In this document: piece by piece, positions 32,282 through 43,104 of the stretch
Position numbering within the stretch: the first letter of the stretch is position 1
Layout: the number at the start of each line of letters is the position of its first letter
Source: an uncultured Methanosarcinaceae archaeon
Lineage (GTDB): Archaea > Halobacteriota > Methanosarcinia > Methanosarcinales > Methanosarcinaceae
Assembly (NCBI GenBank): GCA_963833425.1
Contig: CAWHXP010000002.1
Coordinates: 160,001 to 224,000, forward strand
DNA length: 64,000 nt
Direction of reading: 5' to 3'
Program-made: the position numbers and the translations under genes
The notes under the pieces: model-generated
The model's input: the letters and a program-made list of their open reading frames with translations, nothing else
Databases searched by the model: none
What the model was told of the DNA's origin: nothing

Positions 32282-33310
32282 TCATTTCGCAGTGATAGCT
32301 TTCTCATAGAAACTTGTATCAAAAAGATCTTCTTTTGTCAGAGGTTTCGAAGTGTAATTCAACCCATATAGAACATTCGAGAAATCAACAGTAGAATTTT
32401 CAATCGGTGCAGGATCTGTAATCAGTTCTCCATCCCATTCTTTTAGAGATGCCTTTATAGTTTCAAGATCCTCTGAAGTCTTATTTGATAAAATCTGAGC
32501 AGCTTCATCCTTATGCGCCGTGGTATACTTAGTTGCATTAATATGCGTCTTTACAATCTGCTCCACAATATCCGGATGATCCCGGATAAGTTTTCCGCTT
32601 ATCAAAAGCACACAGCATATGTGATTAGGTTCCATCTGCCCAGATTGTACGATGGTGCGCCCATTACCTGCCTTTTCTACACTTGTTGGGGAGGGATGAG
32701 GCAGGAAGACGGCGTCTACCTTTTTGGCTGAAATAGCGCTGACGGCGTCTCCTGCTGCGGCCATTCCAACGATTGTCACATCTTTCTCAGGGTCAATGCC
32801 GTTTTCCTTGAGCCATTTTCTCAATAGCGTATTTTGAATTGATCCTGGTGGATATGTAGCTATTTTGAGTCCCTTTAAGTCTTGAGGACTTGTATACTTG
32901 TATTCTGGCCTTAGAACAAGACTTGAACCATTTGTATTTACAGGTTCAACAATCTTTGCGTCAAGACCCTGGCTGAGAGCTGTAATAGCAGGGGCTGCCC
33001 CGACATAAGCTACGTCCAGATCTCCAGACATCATGGCTTGCATTTCAGGAGGGCCGGTTTGGAACACATACTCTTTGATATCCTGAACTCCATAAGGTGC
33101 AAGATCTGTTTTCCACCATCCTTTTTCATCTGCAACCACAAATGCAATATGATGGGTACTTGGTTGATAGCCCATTCTCAGTTGCGTAATTGCAGATGCT
33201 CTTTGAACTCCGCTTCCATTATTGGATACGTTCCCTTTATCGGATACACAGCCGGATACGAAGACAGATGCTACCAGTAATAAAATGAGTACAATACCTA
33301 GTTTTTTCAA
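32282..33310 (-). CDS. ABC transporter substrate-binding lipoprotein, NitT/TauT/SsuA family
   Basis: Lipobox VSGC; MGYQPSTHH, GDLDVAYVG, DLKGLKIAT and HICCVL motifs. Confidence 0.88.
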   Translation of the reverse strand: MKKLGIVLILLLVASVFVSGCVSDKGNVSNNGSGVQRASAITQLRMGYQPSTHHIAFVVADEKGWWKTDLAPYGVQDIKEYVFQTGPPEMQAMMSGDLDVAYVGAAPAITALSQGLDAKIVEPVNTNGSSLVLRPEYKYTSPQDLKGLKIATYPPGSIQNTLLRKWLKENGIDPEKDVTIVGMAAAGDAVSAISAKKVDAVFLPHPSPTSVEKAGNGRTIVQSGQMEPNHICCVLLISGKLIRDHPDIVEQIVKTHINATKYTTAHKDEAAQILSNKTSEDLETIKASLKEWDGELITDPAPIENSTVDFSNVLYGLNYTSKPLTKEDLFDTSFYEKAITAK

Positions 33311-33514
33311 CGTTTCACTTCACAAATTTTATAACTATGAATAATTCCTATAGCCTGCACATTTCCCCTCTAGAATTAACAATATCGGATGAACTATTTT
33401 AGAAAATTTTTAGCAATGCTAAATATAGATCGAAAAGTGGGGTATTTTAGTCTACAAGCAGCACTTTTTGATATCTCTCCGTGAGGTTAGTTCAAATTTT
33501 GGTGCTATCTATAT

Positions 33515-33634
33515 TAGGACTCATGCGATTGCACTGAAAAATCAACAGCATTAAACTTTTAATTGTCTAAAATGAAAATTTAAATAGCAATCTTTCTTAC
33601 ACTTGATTTTGCACCTCAAGTGCATAAGTACCTG
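33515..33634. mobile_element. About 120-bp MITE-like repeat (TAGGACTTACGCA-type ends), copy 1
   Basis: Imperfect TIRs TAGGACTCATGCGATTG / CAAGTGCATAAGTACCT; interior homologous to 35702-35820. Confidence 0.65.
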
Positions 33635-33852
33635 CAAGCATATTTCTACTACCGTAAAATAGGTGTTTGAATAGACAAATAAATTATACACCTATGTTAA
33701 TCTACGGAATGTCAGTTTAGATATGATATTAACTACTACTCAGCTAAAGACCCAAAGGTTTTAAGCTTTGTCCCAAAAATTATAAAATTAATTAAATCAT
33801 TTTAGATCTACTACGGAGAACTTCTTTTACAGAGATGAGTACAAACGGTATG

Positions 33853-34347
33853 TTATAATCCCTTGGGTTTAATCTTTGCCAAACTTCCATATTTAATTTC
33901 AAAATGTATATATTCCACTTCCACACCTGCATTCCTAAAAAAATTAAGTGAATCAGTATCATGATAAAGAGTTGCATATACAACCCTCTTGATATTTGAA
34001 TTAATAATCATTTTCGTGCAGAGAATACAAGGCTGATGTGTGCAATAGATAGTTGCCCCTGATACGTTCACCCCATGGATTGCAGCCTGAATGATGGCAT
34101 TCTGTTCCGCATGCACTGCCCTGCATTTCTCCTGTTGAGTACCAAAAGGGATCTTCTCCATGTCCCGGATACACCCGATTTCAAGGCAGTGTTCCATACC
34201 ACTCGGAGCCCCGTTGTATCCAGTTGAGAGTATACGTTTATCTCTAACAACAACTGCCCCTACATTATTTCGGAGGCAGGTAGATCGTTTTCCCACCACG
34301 AAAGCAATTTCAAGGAAATATTCGTCAAGGGAAGGTCTTTCTGTCAT
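33853..34347 (-). CDS. dCMP deaminase family protein
   Basis: Likely start [25 protein letters not shown] and PCILC zinc motifs. Confidence 0.92.
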   Translation of the reverse strand: MTERPSLDEYFLEIAFVVGKRSTCLRNNVGAVVVRDKRILSTGYNGAPSGMEHCLEIGCIRDMEKIPFGTQQEKCRAVHAEQNAIIQAAIHGVNVSGATIYCTHQPCILCTKMIINSNIKRVVYATLYHDTDSLNFFRNAGVEVEYIHFEIKYGSLAKIKPKGL

Positions 34348-34693
34348 TATTTTTAATGAACAGTAACATTGTATATATAGCTGTGACGTTAGAACTTGTA
34401 CCAGTTTCAAGAGTTAATTTTAAGCGTAATTAAATAGCGGTGTATAGGGAAAAATTTACTTTCAAAGAAAAAATATAGATAATTTTTACAGCTTAATGTT
34501 TAAAACGTATTGATTTTCTAACCAGACTGTATAGATTCTGTCATAGATTAAAGCTCCAGATCTTTATCTTATAGAATAGCCAATGTTTTTTTCGCTATAG
34601 AAATAAAAATATCTGGGTCTGGTTTATTGTGGATCAATGATTTATCTAATATTATCTTATAATACTTCATTAGTTTTATTTTATAATACTTCA

Positions 34694-35146
34694 TTAATTT
34701 TCTCCAGGATAACAACAGCTTTTATCATGTATGGTTTTCCCGCAAATACCTACTCTTGGATGCCCCAGAGAATTACAAATCTTATTGACCACATTCCTTG
34801 ATATGTATCCCTCAAACTTCAAAGCTTCATCACAAGCTTCGTGTCCAGAAAGCCCATAGTGAGAGAGCATCAATTCTATAACCCGGTGACGTTTAACTAA
34901 AAACTCAGCATGCTCTGTGCCCTTGGAAGTCAAACTAATGCCCCTATAAGGTACATAATCTATAAGGCCAGTGGAAGACATCTCCTGTATGGCCTTAGTA
35001 ATTGTTGACGGGTCAAGGTGAAAATGATCTGATATATCCATTGTACGAACAGTACCCCCTTTTTCAAATATATACTTCAAATATTCACTTTTTTTAGGGC
35101 TTAACTCTAGACCATCATTACGTTTCATTGTTTGGTGTATACTCAC
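34694..35146 (-). CDS. DtxR/MntR-family metal-dependent transcriptional regulator
   Basis: EYLKYI, HTH region, PYRGISLT, RHRVIE, EALKFE and LGHP motifs; divergent from a metal ABC operon. Confidence 0.88.
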   Translation of the reverse strand: MSIHQTMKRNDGLELSPKKSEYLKYIFEKGGTVRTMDISDHFHLDPSTITKAIQEMSSTGLIDYVPYRGISLTSKGTEHAEFLVKRHRVIELMLSHYGLSGHEACDEALKFEGYISRNVVNKICNSLGHPRVGICGKTIHDKSCCYPGEN

Positions 35147-35460
35147 ATATTATTAATATTTTTTGCATATGTCTCAAATTTATGGTACAATCCCATTTCT
35201 GAAGAAAAAACGTATAGATATTCCTATGCTTACGTTTTTCAACAACACACTCTCACTATTTTAAAAAAATAGATATTATAAAATTTATATTTATCTAATA
35301 AATGATTCTAATTATAATATCAATAGAGTCGGATTTTTTGCCACAAATGCGTCGGATCAATAAATATATGTGTGATTTTCCGGTAAAAATGACCATTTTC
35401 TAATAAGTCATCTAATTTTTTTATTTAGTTTATTTTTGTATTTAAATAATCCTTAGCTAT

Positions 35461-35507
35461 GACGAAAAATGCTTTATATGCCACAAAGTATTTGGTAGAT
35501 AACCAAT
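35461..35507 (+). promoter_or_regulatory. Candidate BRE/TATA promoter with downstream inverted repeat (possible operator)
   Basis: GACGAAAAATGCTTTATATG followed by TTGGT-AGATA-ACCAA. Confidence 0.35.
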
Positions 35508-35701
35508 AATTTATCAACGGGTAATTACATAATAATCTCGTCTCAAATCCATTTAATTTGGAACTTATGTGATTGAGGGATAAAATCAAAGATTTATGCT
35601 ATCATCAGAATTATTGATCTGTAGACAGTTGAATATTTAATGCTGCAGTTTCTCAGTTTTATCCCCATATTTAATCTATTTACCCCTAATCATTAGGATT
35701 C

Positions 35702-35820
35702 TAGAACTTTCGCAGTTGAAATAAAAAAATCAATAGCATTAAACTTCTAATTACCCAAAGTACAAATTTAGTCACAAAGTCTAAAGTACTTTGTTTTATA
35801 CCCAAAGTATGTAAGTCCTA
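35702..35820. mobile_element. About 120-bp MITE-like repeat, copy 2
   Basis: TAGAACTTTCGCAGTTG...CAAAGTATGTAAGTCCTA; shares AAAAATCAAYAGCATTAAACTTYTAATT with copy 1. Confidence 0.65.
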
Positions 35821-35944
35821 GATTCTTCACATTGTTTTTATGATCAGAGACTTGACTCTTCGTTCAAAATATGAGATTCAAAAAACTAACTTTAATTTTT
35901 GAGATCAGCTGAATAATGTATTCACATTCAGTAGGTAGAAAATA

Positions 35945-36895
35945 ATGAAACATACAACTTATATTGTCATAGGAGTGGTGATCCTTATTGCCCTTGTTTC
36001 TTTCATCGCAATAAAGGATTCTCACCCAAGTTCTTTTGGCACCAATAATAATTCAGTTGCCACCAATACTACAAAAACCATACAAATTGTTGCTGCTGAA
36101 AATTTTTGGGGCAGTCTGGTATCTCAGATTGGTGGAACGCATGTCAAAGTGTTGAGCATAGTTTCAGATCCCAATGCAGATCCACATGAGTACGAAAGTA
36201 ACACTGAAAATGCGCGTGCATTTGCCATGGCAGATTATATAATTGTTAATGGAGCCGGATATGACAGCTGGGCTGACAAGCTTATTGGAGCTGGCATCAA
36301 ATCAGACTGCAAAATTTTGAATGTAGCAAAGCTTCTTGGAAAAAAAGCGGGTGATAATCCTCATTTCTGGTATGACCCCGATTATGTGAACCTGACTGTG
36401 AAGCAGATGAAAGAAGATCTTATTTCTATCGATCCAGCCAATGATACATATTATAAACAAAATTATGCAAACTTGCAATTATCGCTTTCAAAATATCAAA
36501 ATAGGACCGCGGAGATCAAACAACAATTCGGGGGCGCGAAAGTAGCAGCCACAGAAAGTATCTTTGCATATCTAGCAAACGCTACGGGTCTTGACCTTGT
36601 TTCACCCCCTGAATTTACTCAAGCTGTTGCCGAAGGGAACGATCCGCCAGCAGAGAGCATTGTACAATTTGAGAAGCAGCTTAAGAGTGGAAATGTGAGT
36701 GTGCTGGTCTATAACCAGCAAACGGTAACGCCAATTACGAATAATATGAAGAAACTGGCTACAGAAGAAGGCATACCTATCATTGGTATCACAGAAACTA
36801 TACAGCCGCCAGATGTTTCGTTCCAGGATTGGATGAACTCAGAATTAATCTCTCTTCAGAATGCGCTAAATGCAAAAGCTCTTGGGAAACGATAA
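35945..36895 (+). CDS. Zn/Mn ABC transporter substrate-binding protein (ZnuA-like)
   Basis: DPHEYE, NGAGYD and NPHFWY motifs; N-terminal membrane anchor. Confidence 0.92.
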   Translation: MKHTTYIVIGVVILIALVSFIAIKDSHPSSFGTNNNSVATNTTKTIQIVAAENFWGSLVSQIGGTHVKVLSIVSDPNADPHEYESNTENARAFAMADYIIVNGAGYDSWADKLIGAGIKSDCKILNVAKLLGKKAGDNPHFWYDPDYVNLTVKQMKEDLISIDPANDTYYKQNYANLQLSLSKYQNRTAEIKQQFGGAKVAATESIFAYLANATGLDLVSPPEFTQAVAEGNDPPAESIVQFEKQLKSGNVSVLVYNQQTVTPITNNMKKLATEEGIPIIGITETIQPPDVSFQDWMNSELISLQNALNAKALGKR

Positions 36896-37693
36896 ATGAA
36901 CGCAAACTATCCGAATATTATTACAGTTGAAAACTTGGCGGCCGGCTATCAGAACAACATCGTTTGGCAGGACGCCAATTTTACTATAGACCAAGGCGAA
37001 TTCGTAGCGATCATCGGGCCCAACGGATCGGGAAAAACAACCCTGTTTCGTTTACTTCTTGGGATACAACAACCTATTTGTGGCAACATTAAGATATTTA
37101 ATGCTCCACCTAAACGCGGCAATTCACGTATAGGTTTCGTACCGCAGAGACACTTAATTGATCCAGAAATGAACATCGAATCCCTTGAATTGGTAAGGCT
37201 CGGATTTTCCGGAAAACAGTGGGGTTTTAATCCATTTTCCCAAAGAGATCGCAAATACGCTTTTGATGCGCTGAAAGCCGTTGGAGCAGGAGATCTAGCA
37301 CATCGGTCCCTTGGCGTATTGTCAGGCGGAGAATTACAGCGGGTATTTCTAGCTGAAGCGTTGGTCAGCGACCCAGATCTATTATTGCTCGATGAGCCAT
37401 TGTCAAACCTTGATATAAGGCGCGAGCAAGAATTAGTGCAGCTTATAGATAATGTAGTTCGAGCACGCAATGCAACTGCATTGCTCATAGCTCACAATAT
37501 TAATCCGCTCCTCCAGGTTCTTGATAAAGTGATCTATATAGTCAACGGCAAAGTAGCAATCGGCAGGCCTAACGAGGTCCTGACATCGGAATCTTTATCA
37601 GCTTTATATGGAACACAGGTCGAGGTCCTGCGTGGTTCGCAGGGCCAGGTAGCAGTAATAGGTATCGAAGAAAACCAGCACCATTACGATTGA
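36896..37693 (+). CDS. Zn/Mn ABC transporter ATP-binding protein (ZnuC-like)
   Basis: GPNGSGKT, LSGGELQR and LLLLDEP motifs. Confidence 0.93.
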   Translation: MNANYPNIITVENLAAGYQNNIVWQDANFTIDQGEFVAIIGPNGSGKTTLFRLLLGIQQPICGNIKIFNAPPKRGNSRIGFVPQRHLIDPEMNIESLELVRLGFSGKQWGFNPFSQRDRKYAFDALKAVGAGDLAHRSLGVLSGGELQRVFLAEALVSDPDLLLLDEPLSNLDIRREQELVQLIDNVVRARNATALLIAHNINPLLQVLDKVIYIVNGKVAIGRPNEVLTSESLSALYGTQVEVLRGSQGQVAVIGIEENQHHYD

Positions 37694-37694
37694 T

Positions 37695-38552
37695 ATGTCC
37701 TTTAGCATTAATTTATTAACTGACCTGCAAGAGATGTGGCAGTACGGATTTATGCAGCATGCCTTTGAAGCCGGAACTATAGTCGCGATCGTCGCAGGCA
37801 TCGTCGGCTACTTTATAGTGCTTCGTCGCTCATCGTTCGCAGCGCATGCTCTTGCTCATATTGGATTTGCAGGAGCAGCTGGCGCCGTGCTATTTGGGAT
37901 CGCTCCTATAATAGGTCTCCTACTGTTCACGAGCTGTGGAGGTATAACGATAGCAATACTTGGTCGCCGAGCAGCTTCGCGCGACACTCAAATTGGAATA
38001 GTACTTGCATTCATGCTTGGACTTGGTGTTCTGTTCATTAGCCTCTATAGTGGCTATGCAACCGAAGCATACTCCATTTTATTCGGAGAAATATTGGGTA
38101 TTAGTAATAATGATGTCGCTGTGACACTTGTTGCCAGTCTGCTGATTATTTTTTCAACCGGGATCGTATATCGACCACTTTTATTTTCATCTCTTGATGA
38201 AGAAGTAGCAGAAGTAAAAGGATTGCCTACGCTTTTGCTTGGAATGATTTTCATGCTTATGGTCGCAGTTGCGACATCTGTAGCCGTTCAAGTCGTTGGT
38301 GTCCTCCTTATTTTTTCATTAATGATCACACCAGCAGCGATCGCTCACCTATTTGCAAAAAGACCAAAACAAGGCATAATGATCTCCATATTTATTGCTC
38401 TAATAGCAACGTGGCTTGGACTCTTCATTTCGTTTTATGAACCCTACCCGGTGAGCTTTTTTATAACTAGCATAGTATTCGTTCTTTATATTATTACCCT
38501 GATTTTTCAGAGAATTAAATCCAATCTGAGATTCATCGCTTATAATGAATAA
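37695..38552 (+). CDS. Zn/Mn ABC transporter permease (ZnuB-like)
   Basis: HALAHIGFAG, ILFGEILGI and QVVGVLLIFSLMITPAA motifs; multiple TM segments. Confidence 0.92.
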   Translation: MSFSINLLTDLQEMWQYGFMQHAFEAGTIVAIVAGIVGYFIVLRRSSFAAHALAHIGFAGAAGAVLFGIAPIIGLLLFTSCGGITIAILGRRAASRDTQIGIVLAFMLGLGVLFISLYSGYATEAYSILFGEILGISNNDVAVTLVASLLIIFSTGIVYRPLLFSSLDEEVAEVKGLPTLLLGMIFMLMVAVATSVAVQVVGVLLIFSLMITPAAIAHLFAKRPKQGIMISIFIALIATWLGLFISFYEPYPVSFFITSIVFVLYIITLIFQRIKSNLRFIAYNE

Positions 38553-38571
38553 GTAAATATCTTTATTGATA

Positions 38572-38925
38572 GAGTATTTCGATAAACTCCTATGCATTTT
38601 AACATTGGAGATTTTAAATCTCTTGACAATAATTTCTGCTCATGAAAACTCTTACTGATTTTGTTCTTAAAGAGGGATACAAATGTCTTCAGTCAGTTGG
38701 AGATAAACTTGCTAAAATTGGTTCCTTAATTGATTGGAAACCTTTTCGTATCATTTTCGAGTACATATATTTCAACAAAACAGTTTCCATAGGCAGACCT
38801 GAAGCTGATTTATTATTATGTTTAAAATGCTTGTTTTACAGCAATGGCATGATCTTGCTGACTTTGAAATTAAGAGAAAAATGGATTTATAGAATACGAT
38901 TTTCAAACTCACTCGAAATCTTAAA
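38572..38925 (+). pseudogene. IS5-family element left end with truncated, frameshifted transposase
   Basis: End GAGTATTTCGATAAAC; LQSVGDKL...IDWKPFR...GRPEAD, then shifted MFKMLVLQQWHDLAD. Confidence 0.75.
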
Positions 38926-38927
38926 AT

Positions 38928-39290
38928 CTAATAGGCATCTTCCGGCTCAAAAACGTTCTCAATTATTATCTTTCCCTCTATATTTCGGAAAAAACAAGAT
39001 CTGTATCCCATATGGCAGACTCCTCCAACCTGCTTTACAAGCAAGAGGATAGAATCCATATCACAGTCAATCCTGATTTGATTTACGTTCTGCACATTCC
39101 CCGAAGTTTCCCTTTTTTCCCATACCTTTTGTCTGCTCCGGCTCCAGAAATGCGAGATTCCAGTTTCTATAGTTTTCTCAAGAGCTTCCCGATTCATATA
39201 AGCGCACATAAGCACTTCTCTGCTGACATAATCCTGAACAACAACACGAATCAAACCGTTGTCATATTTCAAGGTATCTAAATCGATCAT
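38928..39290 (-). CDS. hisI: Phosphoribosyl-AMP cyclohydrolase
   Basis: FWSRSRQ, ETSGN, DCDMD and CHMGYRSCFFR motifs. Confidence 0.93.
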   Translation of the reverse strand: MIDLDTLKYDNGLIRVVVQDYVSREVLMCAYMNREALEKTIETGISHFWSRSRQKVWEKRETSGNVQNVNQIRIDCDMDSILLLVKQVGGVCHMGYRSCFFRNIEGKIIIENVFEPEDAY

Positions 39291-39510
39291 GGAAAACAGA
39301 TTACCAAACTAGTATAAAAGAACACATTTTTATATAGATAGAAGTGTAGAATCTGGAACAAAAACTTGCCATTAAACTACAAATGAGAAAAGAATAATAA
39401 AATTAAGGTCCTTAAAAGGGACATTTGATTTATTTTCAGATTATTTTTGCCAGGAGATTAAGGAACTTAATTGTCGATAAAACCGTGCTTAAAAATTCTT
39501 CCTCAAGTTT

Positions 39511-40179
39511 TTATCTTTTTTTCCTATTAAGTAGCCAGCTTACAGAGATAAAGACGATAACCGCAATAGCGGTATAAAACACAATCAGCAAAAGAGAACC
39601 GTATTTACTCTCCAAGAAAAGATTTGTGTTATCTATCTGCTCATTGGATGGATACATGATATCCTGCGGATCATTGCTGTGATCCAATCCCAAGGCATGG
39701 CCCAATTCATGCTCTACAATGGCAATCATTGCTGTATCACTATACTGAACCCAATCAATCCACTGTTGAGTTCCAACTCCAAGTATAATATTTACGTATA
39801 CAAATTGCTCATTGACAATATGCCGGATTGTTTCACCTGCAATTCCATGAGAAGCATCTTGATCTTTCTGCAGATTTGCGTCCCATTTTATCCTGATATC
39901 AGCATCTTCCGAATCCACAATCTCAAACACAGGATTGTACTTCAGTTTACCATTTCCACCTTCTGCCCAATAATTCAGAGCTTTTTCTATATCTGCGTAA
40001 TAGGTGGGACTATAATGGAGAGGAACCGTTTTGTTATTTATATATACGGTGATAGGTGAATAATCCCATGGATGATCTAAAATTTTTGGATAACTAAATT
40101 CAGAAGCTTTCGATGTGATGGACAAAATAAGTGCCAGAAACAATAATAAGAAAAGCAATCGTATTTCAGCCCTATCCAT
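39511..40179 (-). CDS. Matrixin-family (M10) zinc metalloprotease, secreted and C-terminally anchored
   Basis: HELGHALGLDH zinc motif, DIMYP Met-turn, signal peptide, C-terminal TM plus RKKR. Confidence 0.9.
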   Translation of the reverse strand: MDRAEIRLLFLLLFLALILSITSKASEFSYPKILDHPWDYSPITVYINNKTVPLHYSPTYYADIEKALNYWAEGGNGKLKYNPVFEIVDSEDADIRIKWDANLQKDQDASHGIAGETIRHIVNEQFVYVNIILGVGTQQWIDWVQYSDTAMIAIVEHELGHALGLDHSNDPQDIMYPSNEQIDNTNLFLESKYGSLLLIVFYTAIAVIVFISVSWLLNRKKR

Positions 40180-40408
40180 TTGGATAATATAAACCTACGT
40201 CTGCGTTATTTTGGTCCTTAACTTAATGAATTATACTTTTTATCTCTGAATATAACTTTTTAATCCATTTTTTTGCAAATGATAATACTTTTGATATTCT
40301 TGTGACTTAGTATTTGTAAATATATTAATGCTGGAGCTTTAGAGAAATTGGCTCAGATATATACTCTAATGAAAGATATATCTTAGAATTCATAGAAGTT
40401 GAGAGCGT

Positions 40409-42493
40409 ATGAAAAAAAAGAGAGTAATATATATATTCGTTTTTGGTATCGCATTAATTATCGCTTTAAACCTCGTAGCTTTTGGTTCTTCTGAAACTTC
40501 GATGAGTAATAAAACCATTTCAGGATATGAGAAAGCTTTCGATCCAGGGAGTATGAACCTCGCAGTAAAACCTGGCGATGATTTTTATGAGTATGTTAAT
40601 GGAGCTTGGATAAAAAGCCATCCTGTACCTGCGGATAAATCACGATACGGAGAGTTTGAGATAGTAAATGACAGAACCTTTGACCGCGTCAAAGACATCG
40701 TGGAGAGTGCAGCCAACAATACATCTGCTCCTAAGGAAAGCCTCGAGCAGAAAATCGGTAAATTTTACTCTATGGGAATGGATACTCCAACCATTGAAAA
40801 GCAGCGTCTAGATCCCATCAAAGACAAGCTAGAGAAGATAGACAACATCACCAACATCCCTGATGTCCAAGATGTATCAATGCAAATGATGGACTATGGT
40901 ATGGACCCCTTCTTCTCTATGTATGCCGAACCCAATAAAAAGAACAGTACAATTATGATCGCTACTCTCACTCAGGGGGGTTTAGGCCTCCCAGATAGAG
41001 ATTTCTATTTCAGGCAGGACAATGAATCTGTCCATATAAGAGAGCAATACCTAACTCACGTTGCCAAGATGTTTGCCTTCCTTGGAGACAGCCCAAAGAT
41101 TGCTGAGCACAATGCCAGAGCCGTAATGAAGATAGAGACAAGGCTAGCCAATGCATCCTTTACTAATGTGGCCAACAAAGATGCGGTCAAAACATATAAC
41201 AAGATGAACCTTGAGGAACTTCAGGCCTTTGCCCCAGGTATGAGTTGGTTTCATATCTTCAGTGTTCTGGGTCGCTCAGACGTGGCTGAGGTCAATGTGA
41301 GAAATCCATCCTTTTTCAAGGAATTGAGCATCTCTCTGCAGGAAGAGAGTGTAGCTGACTGGAAAACTTTTCTTCGCTGGAAGCTGATATCAGCCACGTC
41401 CCCCTATCTTAGCTCCGACCTAGAGAAGGAGCACTTTGATTTCTATGAGAAAAAACTCAATGGCCAGCAGGTGATGAAGCCCCGCTGGAAGAGGGTCCTT
41501 GATGCAGAATATGAGGCCATAGGTGAAGCCATAGGCCGCGTTTATGTGGAAAGGTATTTCGACTCAAGTTCCAAGGCCAGGATGCAGGAGATGGTATCTA
41601 ACTTAAAAAAGGCCTTTAGGGAAAGAATTAAAAATTTGACATGGATGGAACCCGAAACCAAGAAAAAAGCCCTTATGAAACTTGATGTCTTGGATGTTCA
41701 GATAGGCTACCCAGATGAATGGTTAAATTATTCAGAGCTTGAAGTGAATAATGATTCATATGTCATGAATGTCCTTAGTGCCTCGAAATTTAAGTTCCAC
41801 CACAGTTTCGATGGCTTGGATAAGATAGGCAAGCCAGTTGATCGTAAGCTCTGGCAGATGAATCCCCAAGAGACTAACGCCTATGCTGATCCTAATAAAG
41901 TTCTCGTAGTCTTTCCAGCTGGTATTCTTCAGCCTCCTTACTTTAACAAAGACGCTGATGATGTAATCAACTACGGTGCCATTGGCGCCATTATAGGACA
42001 CGAGATGACTCACCACTTCGATAGCCAGGGTAGGAAGTTCGATGTTAATGGAAATTTAACTAATTGGTGGACACAAAAAGATGCTGATACCTTTAATAAA
42101 AACACGGGTATTTTGGTGGATGAGTACAACAGGTTTGAAGTCCTTCCCGGCCTACATGTAAACGGTAACTTGACCCTGCAAGAGAATATAGCAGACTTCG
42201 GCGGATTGACGATGGCCTATCATGCATATAAACGTTCATTGAAAGAGGAGCCTAAGATAATTGATGGGTTTACGAGTGATCAAAGATTTTTCTTAAGCTT
42301 CGCCCAGATGTGGAGGCAATCTGAAACTAATGAAGGCCTAAGGATGCGAGCGCTTACTGATCCTCACTCTCCAAACAGGTTTAGAGTTAACGGCGTTGTC
42401 TTCAATGTGCCTGAGTTTTACAAGGCGTTCCCTAGTGTAAAGCCAGTGGATAAACTCTACAGCCCAGAAAATGAGAGGTCTGTGATATGGTAG
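40409..42493 (+). CDS. M13-family metallopeptidase (neprilysin/PepO-like)
   Basis: PGDDFYEYVNG, NAY, FPAGILQPP, HEMTH, ENIADFGG and DPHSP motifs. Confidence 0.95.
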   Translation: MKKKRVIYIFVFGIALIIALNLVAFGSSETSMSNKTISGYEKAFDPGSMNLAVKPGDDFYEYVNGAWIKSHPVPADKSRYGEFEIVNDRTFDRVKDIVESAANNTSAPKESLEQKIGKFYSMGMDTPTIEKQRLDPIKDKLEKIDNITNIPDVQDVSMQMMDYGMDPFFSMYAEPNKKNSTIMIATLTQGGLGLPDRDFYFRQDNESVHIREQYLTHVAKMFAFLGDSPKIAEHNARAVMKIETRLANASFTNVANKDAVKTYNKMNLEELQAFAPGMSWFHIFSVLGRSDVAEVNVRNPSFFKELSISLQEESVADWKTFLRWKLISATSPYLSSDLEKEHFDFYEKKLNGQQVMKPRWKRVLDAEYEAIGEAIGRVYVERYFDSSSKARMQEMVSNLKKAFRERIKNLTWMEPETKKKALMKLDVLDVQIGYPDEWLNYSELEVNNDSYVMNVLSASKFKFHHSFDGLDKIGKPVDRKLWQMNPQETNAYADPNKVLVVFPAGILQPPYFNKDADDVINYGAIGAIIGHEMTHHFDSQGRKFDVNGNLTNWWTQKDADTFNKNTGILVDEYNRFEVLPGLHVNGNLTLQENIADFGGLTMAYHAYKRSLKEEPKIIDGFTSDQRFFLSFAQMWRQSETNEGLRMRALTDPHSPNRFRVNGVVFNVPEFYKAFPSVKPVDKLYSPENERSVIW

Positions 42494-43104
42494 AATGACT
42501 TTTTTGCCTTTAATGGCATTTTATCATTTTTTAGATTTCGGGTTTTACAGAAAAAAAATGATTGTATGGTTTCAATCTGCATGTTAAAAACTGATTTTGA
42601 TAAAGTAAAAAAAGTCAATGATTGTACAAATAAAATTTCTATTTTTTCTCTATACACAATTTTTGTATTAGAATCTCTTTCCTTTATCAAAAAAGTATTA
42701 TCTTGTATCAAATGTGAACTAAATTAGGTGCTTGAAATTTGAGAACTATGGTAATACAGAATTCTTAAAATATCAACTGCTTAATGTGAAAGTATTCTTA
42801 AGTTCACCGATGCTAAAAAACTGTTATTTCAAATCAACAATTACTTTTTTTACTTCAGCCGCAAAGTTTTGAACCTTGGCCAGTTTCCAATTTTAAATTT
42901 TGTTGATTGTTGGTTGACCAGTATGTATGGACCGGTTAATGGTTAATGATAGGAACTATAACTGAATAAAACTATAAATCAAATGTAAACTAAATTTTTA
43001 CTGTTTATGTAATCTTATACTGGATTGTCGAAAACGTTATTATCTGCATTCACTTAACTAAAATTGTTGTTCTTAATTTCTATAAATTAAGGGGGTATTA
43101 TATA

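Noticed and set aside
42652..42682. ATACACAATTTTT-GTATT-AGAATCTCTTTCC as a site copy (a similarly weak one lies near 58691)
   Set aside because: One arm is too degenerate to separate from AT-rich background without a PWM.
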